DNA of 64,000 bases, taken from IMG/VR virus record IMGVR_UViG_3300042387_001967; one strand, written 5' to 3'. This DNA is from a virus. Numbering within the stretch: the first letter of the stretch is position 1; each line of letters begins with the position of its first letter. The notes below the pieces were generated by a model. That model was given only the letters and a program-made list of their open reading frames with translations. It ran no database searches and had not been told where the DNA came from. The translations under genes were made by a program, and so were the position numbers. Shown here piece by piece: positions 25,373 to 34,536 of the stretch.

Positions 25373-27157
25373 TCACGCCGGCACGACGGCCGGCACGTCT
25401 TGTAGGTGTCCCCAGTAGGCGGCGAGCTTCAGCTTGCCGGCCCTGTTCCAGTCGCAGAAATCCTCGCCGTTCGGCTTGTGCTTGACCCACAGATTGATGC
25501 CGTCCTTATCGATCGGAGCATCATCGTCATCGGCAATAATCGGCGGCTCGGGAATGCCCACCGCCCCGCCGCGCAGCAGGAGCGAGTCTGGAAACATGTC
25601 GAGCAGCTTCGGCAGCACCCTGCGCTCCAGCTTCGACATGCGGGTGAGCGACACGACTGGCAGGAAATGCACCGCGTAAATCGCGTCCGCCTTGTGCCCC
25701 AGCGTAACCATCATCTGCAAGGCTTCGCTGTCGTGGAACGCCTCGGGGTGCTCCGCGAAGTCAGCCCGGGCCTCCTCGAACTCGTCGAGCGCGTCCTGCA
25801 GATCGATCGCCGGCGCCCGGTTCGGCAACGTGTAGGCCCGCGTCGTCCTGCCCATCTGGCATTCCTCGGTGCCGCACAGCTCCGCCAGGTCGCCGCGCGC
25901 CACCAGCTCGTCCAGCAGCGCCAGCGTGACGCCGGGGATGTCCCTGCGGACCTGTGTGCGCGGTACGCGCCTGTGCGTGGATTTCTCAATCGCTTCCTCC
26001 ATCGCCCGCTTGGCCACGGTGAGCCGGGGCGCTGTCACGAAGATGTCCCGCGGATGCCTGAGGTTGAGAATCCGCTTCTCGAACCCTGCCTGCCCGCTGG
26101 CCATACGGTAAATGTAGCGAGCCATCCCCTGCGCAAACTCCAGCGACTTCGCGTCCAGCTCCACATCGCGCAACGGACCGTCCCGGTTGGTCTGTGCGGC
26201 CTCCAGGAATGAATTGACCATGGCCGCGCGCGCGGCGAACAGGATGGCGTTCTCCGGCGACGTCGGCGAAGTTTCCGCCAGCTTCACCTGCCACGCCGGC
26301 ACCTCGGGAACGTCCAGCAGATGCGACAGCTGCCAGTTGAGAAACTTGCGCCAGCCCGCAGCAGCGTCGGCCGCGAAGCGAACCTTCACCCGCTTCTCCT
26401 CCGGCTTGTCGCCGAGCGCGAACACCCGACGTGCCAGCGAATACAGCACGTCCGCGCTGGTGCCGCTGAAGACGCCGGGGCGTCCGGGAATGACGATGGT
26501 CGTGCCGATACCAACCTGTCCGGATGCGGTGGTCTTCACCCGCTCCAGCAATGTCGTCAGATGCTGCTCCTTGCAGCTGCAGAAGAAGTTGAACGCCGGA
26601 CAGACGCCGGTCAGCGAGTGGATGAGCGCGCCACCAGTCGCGCCGGCCCGGATGAATGTCTCGTCGGTCGTGCCTTCCATCAGCGTCGTCCATCCGAGGT
26701 CACCGGCCAGATTCCGCGGATTGCTGAGATGCGCGCCGAGCCGGGCGCCGACTGGATCGACGTAAGTGAACGCTCCGTAGTAGTGCGTCTTGAGCAGCTC
26801 GATGATCGTGGACTTCTGAGTCTGATCCTCCTTCCACGCGATGTGCGCTCGCATCGCAATTTTGTCCTTCAGCTCCTTGAGCTTTGCCTTGTTCATGCCG
26901 GTCGCACTCGCGAGTTGTTCCGGCTGCTGTTCTGCTGCCTCGACTGCGCGCCGGTCTGCGGCTGTGGCGTCGTCGTGGAAGCGCTTGAACATGACCTCCG
27001 CGTTCGCCAGGTTGACCAGCGCCATGCTGGGCAGCGCTGACGTGAACACCATTCCCCGGGTCAGCGGAAATGGCGAGCTGTAGCCGCGCCCCAACGTCGC
27101 ATGGTAGAGCAGCAGCTCTGCGAGCATGGAAGCCCGGGGTTCAGTGGTGGATTGCAT
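25373..27157 (-). CDS. Large hypothetical protein next to primase and candidate origin
   Basis: 594 aa from ATG 27157; no motif confidently recognised. Confidence 0.6.
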   Translation of the reverse strand: MQSTTEPRASMLAELLLYHATLGRGYSSPFPLTRGMVFTSALPSMALVNLANAEVMFKRFHDDATAADRRAVEAAEQQPEQLASATGMNKAKLKELKDKIAMRAHIAWKEDQTQKSTIIELLKTHYYGAFTYVDPVGARLGAHLSNPRNLAGDLGWTTLMEGTTDETFIRAGATGGALIHSLTGVCPAFNFFCSCKEQHLTTLLERVKTTASGQVGIGTTIVIPGRPGVFSGTSADVLYSLARRVFALGDKPEEKRVKVRFAADAAAGWRKFLNWQLSHLLDVPEVPAWQVKLAETSPTSPENAILFAARAAMVNSFLEAAQTNRDGPLRDVELDAKSLEFAQGMARYIYRMASGQAGFEKRILNLRHPRDIFVTAPRLTVAKRAMEEAIEKSTHRRVPRTQVRRDIPGVTLALLDELVARGDLAELCGTEECQMGRTTRAYTLPNRAPAIDLQDALDEFEEARADFAEHPEAFHDSEALQMMVTLGHKADAIYAVHFLPVVSLTRMSKLERRVLPKLLDMFPDSLLLRGGAVGIPEPPIIADDDDAPIDKDGINLWVKHKPNGEDFCDWNRAGKLKLAAYWGHLQDVPAVVPA

Positions 27158-27307
27158 AGTGTCGCATTGTGTTGATTCGTGATCGCCCCGCAGCAGCCAA
27201 GCCGGGGGCGACGTTGTATGGTTAGACTCTCCGCGGAAGCTCGTCAACTGCTTATTTCAAAGTCTTGAACGAATTTTTATTGACCGGGAAGTGTGCGCAA
27301 CGCTGCA

Positions 27308-27592
27308 GCACGTACAAAGCCAAAGCCAATCTCGAGATTGCTAGTGCTTTGTACGTGCTTTGATTTGATAATCACCCGGGTGTCAACGACTTACGTCAAA
27401 TCCAATCTGGAAAAGGCCTTTTCTATATAACGCGCGCGCGTTTTATTCCGGACCTCTTATATAAGAAGCGTCTTTTCCAGATTGGATTTGACGTAAGTGC
27501 CTGATGTTGTTTGTTTAATCAAATCAAAGCACGTACAAAGCACTAGCAATCTCGAGATTGGCTTTGGCTTTGTTTTCGAGATTGGCTTTGTA
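27308..27592. repeat. Nested inverted-repeat array, candidate replication origin
   Basis: Perfect 56-bp IR (27314-27369 / 27518-27573) enclosing a perfect 27-bp IR (27389-27415 / 27472-27498); each outer arm holds the palindrome CAATCTCGAGATTG; AT-rich and non-coding. Confidence 0.85.
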
Positions 27593-27654
27593 TTCTGCCC
27601 GGTTTTTCCAGATGTGCTATTTTAGCAGACTAGACTATCGGGACAACTCGACGA

Positions 27655-27957
27655 TTACGGCAGCCGCATCAAGATTCGCTCACGCCGTTCCATGTACACG
27701 ACGCCGATGACGTAGCTGCCGCCTTCCTCGATTGCGATGCGCCACCCCTCGTCGGGATTCCCGGGGATGCCTTGTGCACGCAGCAACGCGTCCGCTTCCT
27801 CGTAGGTGCAGAGTCTCAGCTCGAGTCGTCGGTATCGTTTGAAGATTCGGTAGTAGAGGCTTTTCAACGCTCGGAGCAGCAGCTGAAAACCAGACGCCGG
27901 TCTGGTTTTCAGTCTCCTCGATTTGAGTGCGTCATGCTGTGGTGTTTTCTGTATCAT
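27655..27957 (-). CDS. Small hypothetical protein
   Basis: 100 aa from ATG 27957. Confidence 0.4.
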   Translation of the reverse strand: MIQKTPQHDALKSRRLKTRPASGFQLLLRALKSLYYRIFKRYRRLELRLCTYEEADALLRAQGIPGNPDEGWRIAIEEGGSYVIGVVYMERRERILMRLP

Positions 27958-28042
27958 AGGTGATTGTGTTTGACACTGTGCGCTGTTGCGATATTTTTCC
28001 CGCGTCGAGATGCTCGTCGCATTGTATCTCAACAGCCAGCGT

Positions 28043-28076
28043 AACGCCGGCCCTCACGGGCCGGCGTTTTCGTTTT
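28043..28076 (+). terminator. Intrinsic terminator
   Basis: aacgccggccc-tcac-gggccggcgtt followed by ttcgtttt. Confidence 0.7.
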
Positions 28077-28094
28077 GTGCGACAGAGATGAGTC

Positions 28095-28123
28095 TTGCAC
28101 CCCGGAGAGTTTTCGCCTACATT
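28095..28123 (+). promoter_or_regulatory. Sigma70-like promoter
   Basis: TTGCAC-N17-TACATT, 50 bp upstream of 28173. Confidence 0.55.
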
Positions 28124-28172
28124 TGATCCTCTGTAAATCCCACGCAACAAAAACCATCAACTACCCACTACC

Positions 28173-29315
28173 ATGACTGTCCGAGTTCCCACTACCAATC
28201 TCAGCGGCAACGACGGCCGCGCAGGCTTCCGCGACGTCGACTTTAAGACGGCAGATGACCTTGTCGTTACGTTTCCCAAAGTCGGGAAGCGCTACCGCAT
28301 CAAATCCATCTCGATCATCTCCAAGACGGTCTCAGTGCTGACCAACGGCGCGACCGTGGTGGCGAACGAAGCGACCACCAGCGTCGACACGGACGCGCAA
28401 GTCACGCTGACCAGCAACGCTACCGCGCCGACGAACGGCGAGACGGTCACGCTGGGCAACAAGACCTACACCCTGAAGGATTTCGTGAAAGCATCCGGGA
28501 CGCTGACGTCGGACGGCACGGCCCCTTCGGACGGTGACACTGTCACCATCGGGAACAAGACCTACACGTTCAAGACGACCCTGACGCCCACGGAAGGCCA
28601 GGTGTTGATCGGCGTCTCCGCTGCGGTGGCCCTGGACAATCTCAAGGCGGCCGTCAACCACACCGGGACTCCTGACACGGACTACAAGTGCGCGGCGGCC
28701 CACACGCAAGTCGAGGCCACCACGAACACGAACACGACCCAGCTATTCGTGGCTCTGGACGCTGGCACCGCTGGTAACGCTCTCGTCACCACGGAGGCGG
28801 GCACGCATACGTCCTTCGGCGCGGCCACGCTCGCCGGCGGCACCGACCCGACCGTCGAGGGCGAAGTGAAGATCGGCGTCTCTGCTGCCACCTGCCTCGA
28901 CAACCTCAAGGCCGCGGTCAACAAGGACGCCGGCCACGGCACCCTCTACTTCGCTGCGGCGGCCCACACGCAGTTCACGGCGACGACCAACTCGGACACC
29001 ACGCAGCTGTTCGTGGCCAGCGTGGGTGCATACACCGGCGCAGGCGGCAACGGTCTCACCGTGTCGGACACCTCGTCCACCCTGACCTGGAGCGTGGCGA
29101 CACTCGCTGGCGGTCTGGATGGCATCCTCGTCAACGAGATGGTCGACAGCACCAACCTCGCGGACACCGACGAGGACGGACTCATTCAGAACCTCACCCT
29201 TCGCTCCGACGCAGAGGTCATCACCGGCGGCAACTCGCTCATCCTGTCCATCCGCGGCGGATCCACTGCGACCACGGACGTGAAGGACGTGGACATCGAA
29301 TACAGCGTCATCTAG
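28173..29315 (+). CDS. Thr/Ala-rich protein with internal duplications, probable virion decoration/structural protein
   Basis: Repeats GETVTLGNKTYT / GDTVTIGNKTYT and EGQVLIGVSAAVALDNLKAAVN...AAAHTQ..ATTN..TTQLFVA / EGEVKIGVSAATCLDNLKAAVN...AAAHTQ..ATTN..TTQLFVA; own promoter and terminator. Confidence 0.6.
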   Translation: MTVRVPTTNLSGNDGRAGFRDVDFKTADDLVVTFPKVGKRYRIKSISIISKTVSVLTNGATVVANEATTSVDTDAQVTLTSNATAPTNGETVTLGNKTYTLKDFVKASGTLTSDGTAPSDGDTVTIGNKTYTFKTTLTPTEGQVLIGVSAAVALDNLKAAVNHTGTPDTDYKCAAAHTQVEATTNTNTTQLFVALDAGTAGNALVTTEAGTHTSFGAATLAGGTDPTVEGEVKIGVSAATCLDNLKAAVNKDAGHGTLYFAAAAHTQFTATTNSDTTQLFVASVGAYTGAGGNGLTVSDTSSTLTWSVATLAGGLDGILVNEMVDSTNLADTDEDGLIQNLTLRSDAEVITGGNSLILSIRGGSTATTDVKDVDIEYSVI

Positions 29316-29335
29316 TCCAGCAGGCTGAAACATTC

Positions 29336-29373
29336 AAGGCGCCGGTCTCTCGCGAGACCGGCGCCTTTTGTTT
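29336..29373 (+). terminator. Strong intrinsic terminator
   Basis: aaggcgccggtctc-tcgc-gagaccggcgcctt followed by ttgttt, between convergent genes. Confidence 0.85.
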
Positions 29374-29404
29374 CTACGCGATAGTGTCAACCGATCGGGG
29401 CTCG

Positions 29405-29812
29405 TTATTTGCTTCCTCCCCAGATTCCGTCCCCTGCTAGCCTTCTATCCCGGTCTGCGTGCACTTCGTGTAAGTGCAACTTCCTCCGTATCTCGTCGCG
29501 CTCCGCGAACTTCGATGAGTAAGGGCGCTTGCCTTTGAGCGCGACAGAGAGCTGCCGGTTGAGTTCGTCGAGCGCGACATCGCCCTCACGTTCAGCGGTC
29601 TGCACGTAATCCAGCATCCCGTCCACCTGCGGCAGGATTGCCAAGATCAGCTTGTCCCGGGTGCGCCAGTCGTCCGGATCCATTCCGAGCGCAAGCATCG
29701 CAGTGACGGCGATCGCGCTCGAGGCAGAGACGCCTTCTTCGTTGTCGAGTCGCCACACGCTACCTGACTTGCCTCGCCGAACTGCGAAGGGATTGGTTTT
29801 TGGTTTGCTCAT
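29405..29812 (-). CDS. Hypothetical protein
   Basis: MSKPKTNPF..., ATGA overlap with the helicase stop. Confidence 0.55.
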   Translation of the reverse strand: MSKPKTNPFAVRRGKSGSVWRLDNEEGVSASSAIAVTAMLALGMDPDDWRTRDKLILAILPQVDGMLDYVQTAEREGDVALDELNRQLSVALKGKRPYSSKFAERDEIRRKLHLHEVHADRDRRLAGDGIWGGSK

Positions 29813-32280
29813 GCTGTCTTTGCTGTGAATCGCTGGAACCGGAACTCCCGGCGCACTTGAATGTTGTTTCCCTCGCCCTTTCTGGCCTTGCACAGGCAGA
29901 ACAGCTGGTCATCGAGGAACATGCTGCGAGGCATGTCCGCCTTGCCGCGCTCTGCCGCCACGATGCCGGCCTTGTCGATCGTGTTGGTGACGCCGATCAC
30001 GGCGACCATGTTCTTGCCGAGCCCCTTGCTGATGCCTATGTCGTTGATCGTCAGTATGCGCTTGAGCTGTGCATCGTTGACCGCCTGGGCCAGGAGCAGC
30101 GTCGGGATTCCGGAGCGGTCCGCAAACTTCACGCCGCTGTTGGCTGACTGCTCCCAGAGCATTGCCCGCTCCGAGGTGCCGCCGTGCTTGCCGCCCGGCG
30201 CGGCGTCCGCCACCGAGCCCAGCCAGTCCAGACACACCCAGGTCGGGTCGTGTCCCATCTTGGACTTGTAGATCATGCACTCCCGCTCCAGCAGCATCTG
30301 CAGGTTCATCCCGTCATCCGGGGAGACCTTGTGGATGCGCGTGCGCTCGAGGAACTTTGCCAGCACCTCGTCCACCTTCTTGATGCGATACATGGACGCG
30401 GGGTTGCTCATGACCGCCTGCCGTATCTGCGCGACGTTCTCGCAGTCCTGCACGACGTTGATCGGGATACCGGCCGCGTTGGACACCGTGCGCACGGCAT
30501 ACTCACGCGGGTGCAGCTCCGTGGTCACAATCAACGGCCAGCCGTGGTTGTGGCTGGCCTCCCACCAGGCGCACTGCCCCGCGGCGATCGAGTTGTGCGT
30601 AATGGAGAAATCACCCAGCAGGTAGCGACGATCCGGTCCTTCCACGCTGAAACCGTAGTAGTCACCTTCCCCTAGACTTTCCACGGAGAACCCATTGGTC
30701 AGCGGATTTTTGATCTGCCGCCTGGTCGGCGGCGTCACCCTTTTTACAGGCAACACCACGTCGCCGTAAGGCTGTATGAGCGCGCGCCAGCTGGTGCAGT
30801 CGACATCAAACCCACGCGTTACGCGAGGACTGGACACCGTGACCGAGTATCCCAGCGAACGACCCAGAAACGCCACAGCGTTCACTAGGTCTTCCTGCGT
30901 GTTTGAAAACTCCCAGCCGGACTTCGCGACGCACCCGTCGGAATCAAGCAACCCAGCCAGCAGTGCTGCCCTCTCGTCGATGGAGGCGACCAGAAAATGA
31001 GCCGGAACATGCTTATTACGGATCAGTCCCAATTTGCGCAGAGCCGCCTTGAAACCGCCAGTGATGGAAATCTTTTCGCAACGATCCGGGTCGTCCGGAC
31101 GGCGCACGCATGTCCACCCGGCGGATTCGACTATTTCCCGAAGCATCCGCTCGCATCCTGGCTTGCTGATTTCTGGGTGCCACTTGCACCCGTCGCCTAA
31201 CCAAAATCCCAGCAGGTAAGGTGGGATTTCCAACGGAGACGCCTGCTGCGGAAACACCACGATCCCGGCTTGCACCCACTTGGTGACATGCCGAAACTTT
31301 TTGCTGCTCGCCAGATAGTCGTCCAGCGGGACATCAATCAGTGTTCCACTGCGCGCAGCTACGCCGCGAGAGGACCTCACCGTCCTCTTTCCTATGTTGG
31401 TGACAGCCAGAGTCAGCGTGTGGCTGCGGTTGACAACGACAGGTTCGGCCGACCGCAGAGGGGTGATCCGGAACATCTCTTCTCTTCCGCGGACAAGCTC
31501 GGTGACTTTTCTCGGGGTCGAGTCGGGTCCCATGAGCAGGTCGCCTACGACGACATCTTCGACTGCCTTAGTAATACCGTCATACATCAGTATTCGAGTC
31601 CCCTTGCTGTAGCACTTGCCGCCGCCTGTGCCCCCGAAGAGCAGGTAGCACTCGTTGGGGCCCCATCCGCCGTTCAGGCACTCGTCCAGCCCTGTGATGC
31701 CTGTGGGGCGCCTCAGCGTGCGTTCGAGGATCTGACTGCCGGCGAACGCCTGCATGGGGTCCTCCGCGCCTTCTGCGACCGCCTGGGCCGCGGCGGAGAG
31801 GGACCGCTGCATCTCGACGATCTGCCCGGGTACATCGGGAATCACGTCCCGCCGGAGCACCAACGCGGCTTTCTTCGCGCGGATGCTGCCATACCAGGCC
31901 TCGAAGTAGGGCCGGATGCAGTAGTGCTGCTCGCAGAACGATGGGTCCTGCAGTTCCTTGATTAACTTCACAGCGATCGCGACGATCTCGTCATCGGAGC
32001 TTTCCGTCTTCGCGGCGACCTCCAGGTAGGTGCGCAGGAACTCGTAGGTCGGCGGGCACGGCACCTGGTGCCCGATGACGTGCATGATCTTCACGGCGCT
32101 GGTCAGGGCCGCCACGATCAGCGAGTGCTCTTCCCGCTCGAAGTCATCATCCGTCACCGGGACGCTGAGCATCGCTGCGCGCATCAGCGGATCGTGCATC
32201 ATCGCGTGCAGCAGGTAGAACGCGTAGGTGTCGCGGTTGTCCGCGAGCCACTGCTTCATCTCATCTGTGATCTGGGCCAT
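29809..32280 (-). CDS. DnaB-like replicative helicase containing an intein
   Basis: GITGLDECLNGGWGPNECYLLFGGTGGGK/S (Walker A after splicing), IVTTEL, VCLDWL, LLLAQAVN, LCKARKG. Confidence 0.8.
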   Translation of the reverse strand: MAQITDEMKQWLADNRDTYAFYLLHAMMHDPLMRAAMLSVPVTDDDFEREEHSLIVAALTSAVKIMHVIGHQVPCPPTYEFLRTYLEVAAKTESSDDEIVAIAVKLIKELQDPSFCEQHYCIRPYFEAWYGSIRAKKAALVLRRDVIPDVPGQIVEMQRSLSAAAQAVAEGAEDPMQAFAGSQILERTLRRPTGITGLDECLNGGWGPNECYLLFGGTGGGKCYSKGTRILMYDGITKAVEDVVVGDLLMGPDSTPRKVTELVRGREEMFRITPLRSAEPVVVNRSHTLTLAVTNIGKRTVRSSRGVAARSGTLIDVPLDDYLASSKKFRHVTKWVQAGIVVFPQQASPLEIPPYLLGFWLGDGCKWHPEISKPGCERMLREIVESAGWTCVRRPDDPDRCEKISITGGFKAALRKLGLIRNKHVPAHFLVASIDERAALLAGLLDSDGCVAKSGWEFSNTQEDLVNAVAFLGRSLGYSVTVSSPRVTRGFDVDCTSWRALIQPYGDVVLPVKRVTPPTRRQIKNPLTNGFSVESLGEGDYYGFSVEGPDRRYLLGDFSITHNSIAAGQCAWWEASHNHGWPLIVTTELHPREYAVRTVSNAAGIPINVVQDCENVAQIRQAVMSNPASMYRIKKVDEVLAKFLERTRIHKVSPDDGMNLQMLLERECMIYKSKMGHDPTWVCLDWLGSVADAAPGGKHGGTSERAMLWEQSANSGVKFADRSGIPTLLLAQAVNDAQLKRILTINDIGISKGLGKNMVAVIGVTNTIDKAGIVAAERGKADMPRSMFLDDQLFCLCKARKGEGNNIQVRREFRFQRFTAKTA
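30592..31614 (-). mobile_element. Intein (341 aa) with LAGLIDADG homing endonuclease in the P-loop
   Basis: Starts CYSKGTRILMYDG, block B VNRSH, LLGFWLGDG and LLAGLLDSDG, ends ITHN followed by Ser+1. Confidence 0.92.
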
Positions 32281-32282
32281 GT

Positions 32283-32483
32283 TTACGCAGCCTCCTTGAT
32301 GTAGTCCGAGGCCATCTTCTCACTCACTCCGCAGAGGACGGGCGTTTGATACGCTGGCGAGCCGACGGTCTCATACACCGTGTAGGTTTTGAGCAGCACG
32401 ACTTTGGTGTTCGACCATTTCTTCGTGACGGGACACTGCTCCGCTTCGTAGGTTCTGTCCCGCTCGTAGGTGAGCCTCTTCAT
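32283..32483 (-). CDS. Small hypothetical protein
   Basis: 66 aa from ATG 32483; ATGA overlap. Confidence 0.5.
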   Translation of the reverse strand: MKRLTYERDRTYEAEQCPVTKKWSNTKVVLLKTYTVYETVGSPAYQTPVLCGVSEKMASDYIKEAA

Positions 32484-33097
32484 TTGGGTTGGTTCTTTCG
32501 TTTGTTGAATTGTGCAGCCACACGTTCGTAGAGCACCCCGCGGTGCGCCAGCCACTTGGTCACGCGGCGGTCGGCCGACATCATCGCCAGGAGTTCCTGT
32601 GCCATGTAGAACATCGACTCCATGTCCATCCGGTGAACCGCGATGAGGTAGCGCACCTCGACCGGGTAGGACGTGGCGGTGGTGACGTCGGTCACGCCGG
32701 CCCGCTCCAGCTCCTGCCGCATCCGGGTGAACTCGAAGTCGCGACGCTCCAGGAACAGCTTGGCGCTGCGCTTGTCCACCACGACCTCGTAGGGCACCTG
32801 CAGGTAGTTGCTGAGCGCCTTGGTGAGATACTTCGACGAGAACAGCATGTTCGGCATGGGGCCGTCCGGATGCTTGTTGAACTTCGCCCAGTCGAATATC
32901 GCCTCCATCAGGATGTCCGGCTGCACGTCCCAGTCGTGCACGACGCTCGCCATCTTCTCGATACGAGGCAGCATCAGCGAGCGTAGGCGCCGTTCGTCCA
33001 GCTTGCCGTGATGCCCGGCGTCCTCGAGCAGCTTGGCCTTCTGGTAGATGTAGTTGTCGAGGAGCCGCGTGACGAGGGTTGGGTCAATGTCCGGCAT
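32480..33097 (-). CDS. Hypothetical protein
   Basis: MPDIDPTLV..., 205 aa. Confidence 0.6.
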   Translation of the reverse strand: MPDIDPTLVTRLLDNYIYQKAKLLEDAGHHGKLDERRLRSLMLPRIEKMASVVHDWDVQPDILMEAIFDWAKFNKHPDGPMPNMLFSSKYLTKALSNYLQVPYEVVVDKRSAKLFLERRDFEFTRMRQELERAGVTDVTTATSYPVEVRYLIAVHRMDMESMFYMAQELLAMMSADRRVTKWLAHRGVLYERVAAQFNKRKNQPK

Positions 33098-33293
33098 TCT
33101 TGGTCTTCTGTTTGGACCTGGTGACTTGTCCAATGTTTGCGCGGTCGAACTTTATGCGACGTTTGGCGCCGTTCGGAAACACTCCGTGGACTTCGAAGCG
33201 CTCGATGCGCCACTCTGGATCGTCGAAAGTTTCACGAATTCTGTCCAATGTCCGTTCGATGGTCCTGCAGTCTTTTTGTGGGTCTTCTTTCAT
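33084..33293 (-). CDS. Small hypothetical protein
   Basis: 69 aa in an operon chain. Confidence 0.5.
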   Translation of the reverse strand: MKEDPQKDCRTIERTLDRIRETFDDPEWRIERFEVHGVFPNGAKRRIKFDRANIGQVTRSKQKTKNAGH

Positions 33294-33511
33294 GGTGGTG
33301 TCGTGGATGTTGATTTACCGCGTCGACGCTCAGCTTCGGGTGCGTGCTCAAGGCACGGCCAGACATTTCCGCAGTCACCGCAGCGTCCAGTCTGTGGGCA
33401 CCGGATCTTCGGATGATGCGCCCCGCTGCGATGAAAGCCGCACTCGCAACAGGCAACCTCTTCACGGTGTCACTGTCGACCCACGAGCCGGTCGTAAGTC
33501 CTGTTGCTCAT
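33290..33511 (-). pseudogene. Cys/His-rich small ORF interrupted by an in-frame TGA at codon 14
   Basis: MSNRTYDRLVGRQ*HREEVACCECGFH...HHPKIRCPQTGRCGDCGNVWPCLEH...; ATGA overlaps at both ends. Confidence 0.55.
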
Positions 33512-34317
33512 GCTGCGCCGACCAGACCCAGCAGGTCCGGTCGGAGTTTGTTGGCCCTCGGCGGAATGTGCCACTTGACTGGAATTCCCAGCTCCTGCGC
33601 CAGCTGCCTGGTCAACCCGGGGAATTCGGTGTCCTTCTCCTTGCATTCAGCGAACTGCGCCCATCCCGCGGCCCATCCGTCAGCGCCATCAAGTATCGGC
33701 ATGGCCACCGTGAACGCAGGCTCGTAGAACGTGCGACCCAGGCGCGCGTTGAAGTGAATCAGCACGTAGCAGTCCACGTTGAACCGGCTGCGCTTGAGCA
33801 TGTGTCGCAACTGCTTCTGCTTGATCTTGTCGTTCTGGATGCGGAAGGACGGCTGGCTGCAGACCTTGGCCTCGATGATGAACTGCCGTCCGCTGGAGCG
33901 CACGCCTTCGAAGTCCGGCAGGCTCGGCACCGGCAGCCAGGCGTCGTCCACCATGCTGACCATCGTGCCGTAGCGACCCATCGTCAGGCTGCCGTCCTTC
34001 TCGAGCCGCTTGGCCTCGTTCATCAGCAGCTCCTCCAGCTCCTTGCCGTTCCCGCCCAGGTGGCGCGGCGGCGAGTATGGGTCACGCGAGGCGACGGTGT
34101 CGTGGATGAACTGCAGCACATCGCCGACGTCGGCCTCGGCTTCGAGCAGCAACCCGGATGGTAAACTGCTCTGGATGACGTCGTCCCCGTAGGCAACGAA
34201 CGTCAGGTGGCCGCAGCGGAGTGTGTCCAGTTCGTAGTGGAACCGCGCGTCGGACCTCCACAGCAGCTCCGCCGCCTTTTCGAACAGGCTTTTCTTGGGA
34301 GCCGCAGGCTTAGCCAC
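33508..34317 (-). CDS. RecU-like Holliday junction resolvase (PD-(D/E)XK)
   Basis: SLPDFEGVRSSGRQFIIEAKV...QKQLRHM...CYVLIHF; GTG 34317 chosen as start. Confidence 0.7.
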   Translation of the reverse strand: MAKPAAPKKSLFEKAAELLWRSDARFHYELDTLRCGHLTFVAYGDDVIQSSLPSGLLLEAEADVGDVLQFIHDTVASRDPYSPPRHLGGNGKELEELLMNEAKRLEKDGSLTMGRYGTMVSMVDDAWLPVPSLPDFEGVRSSGRQFIIEAKVCSQPSFRIQNDKIKQKQLRHMLKRSRFNVDCYVLIHFNARLGRTFYEPAFTVAMPILDGADGWAAGWAQFAECKEKDTEFPGLTRQLAQELGIPVKWHIPPRANKLRPDLLGLVGAA

Positions 34318-34525
34318 GGGGCGCCTCCTCCTGCGTGAACGCTGCAATGCGCTCACCGAGCACGACCGAATACTGGTCCATGATCTTCGACTGCCGTATG
34401 AGGCGTTCCTGTTCTTCCGCTGGCAGCGTCGGAAAGACGTCTCCACGTCCGAACGCATTCAGCTTTTCGAGCTTTTCATCCAGATCTTGTTTTTCTGTCA
34501 CGACTCTCTGTTGATGTGGTTTCAT
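34310..34525 (-). CDS. crAss001_48-like small phage protein
   Basis: MKPHQQRVVTEKQDLDEKLEKL..F...EQERL..Q..IM.QYS.VL.ERI. Confidence 0.7.
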   Translation of the reverse strand: MKPHQQRVVTEKQDLDEKLEKLNAFGRGDVFPTLPAEEQERLIRQSKIMDQYSVVLGERIAAFTQEEAPRG

Positions 34526-34536
34526 GTGTTGTGTGA

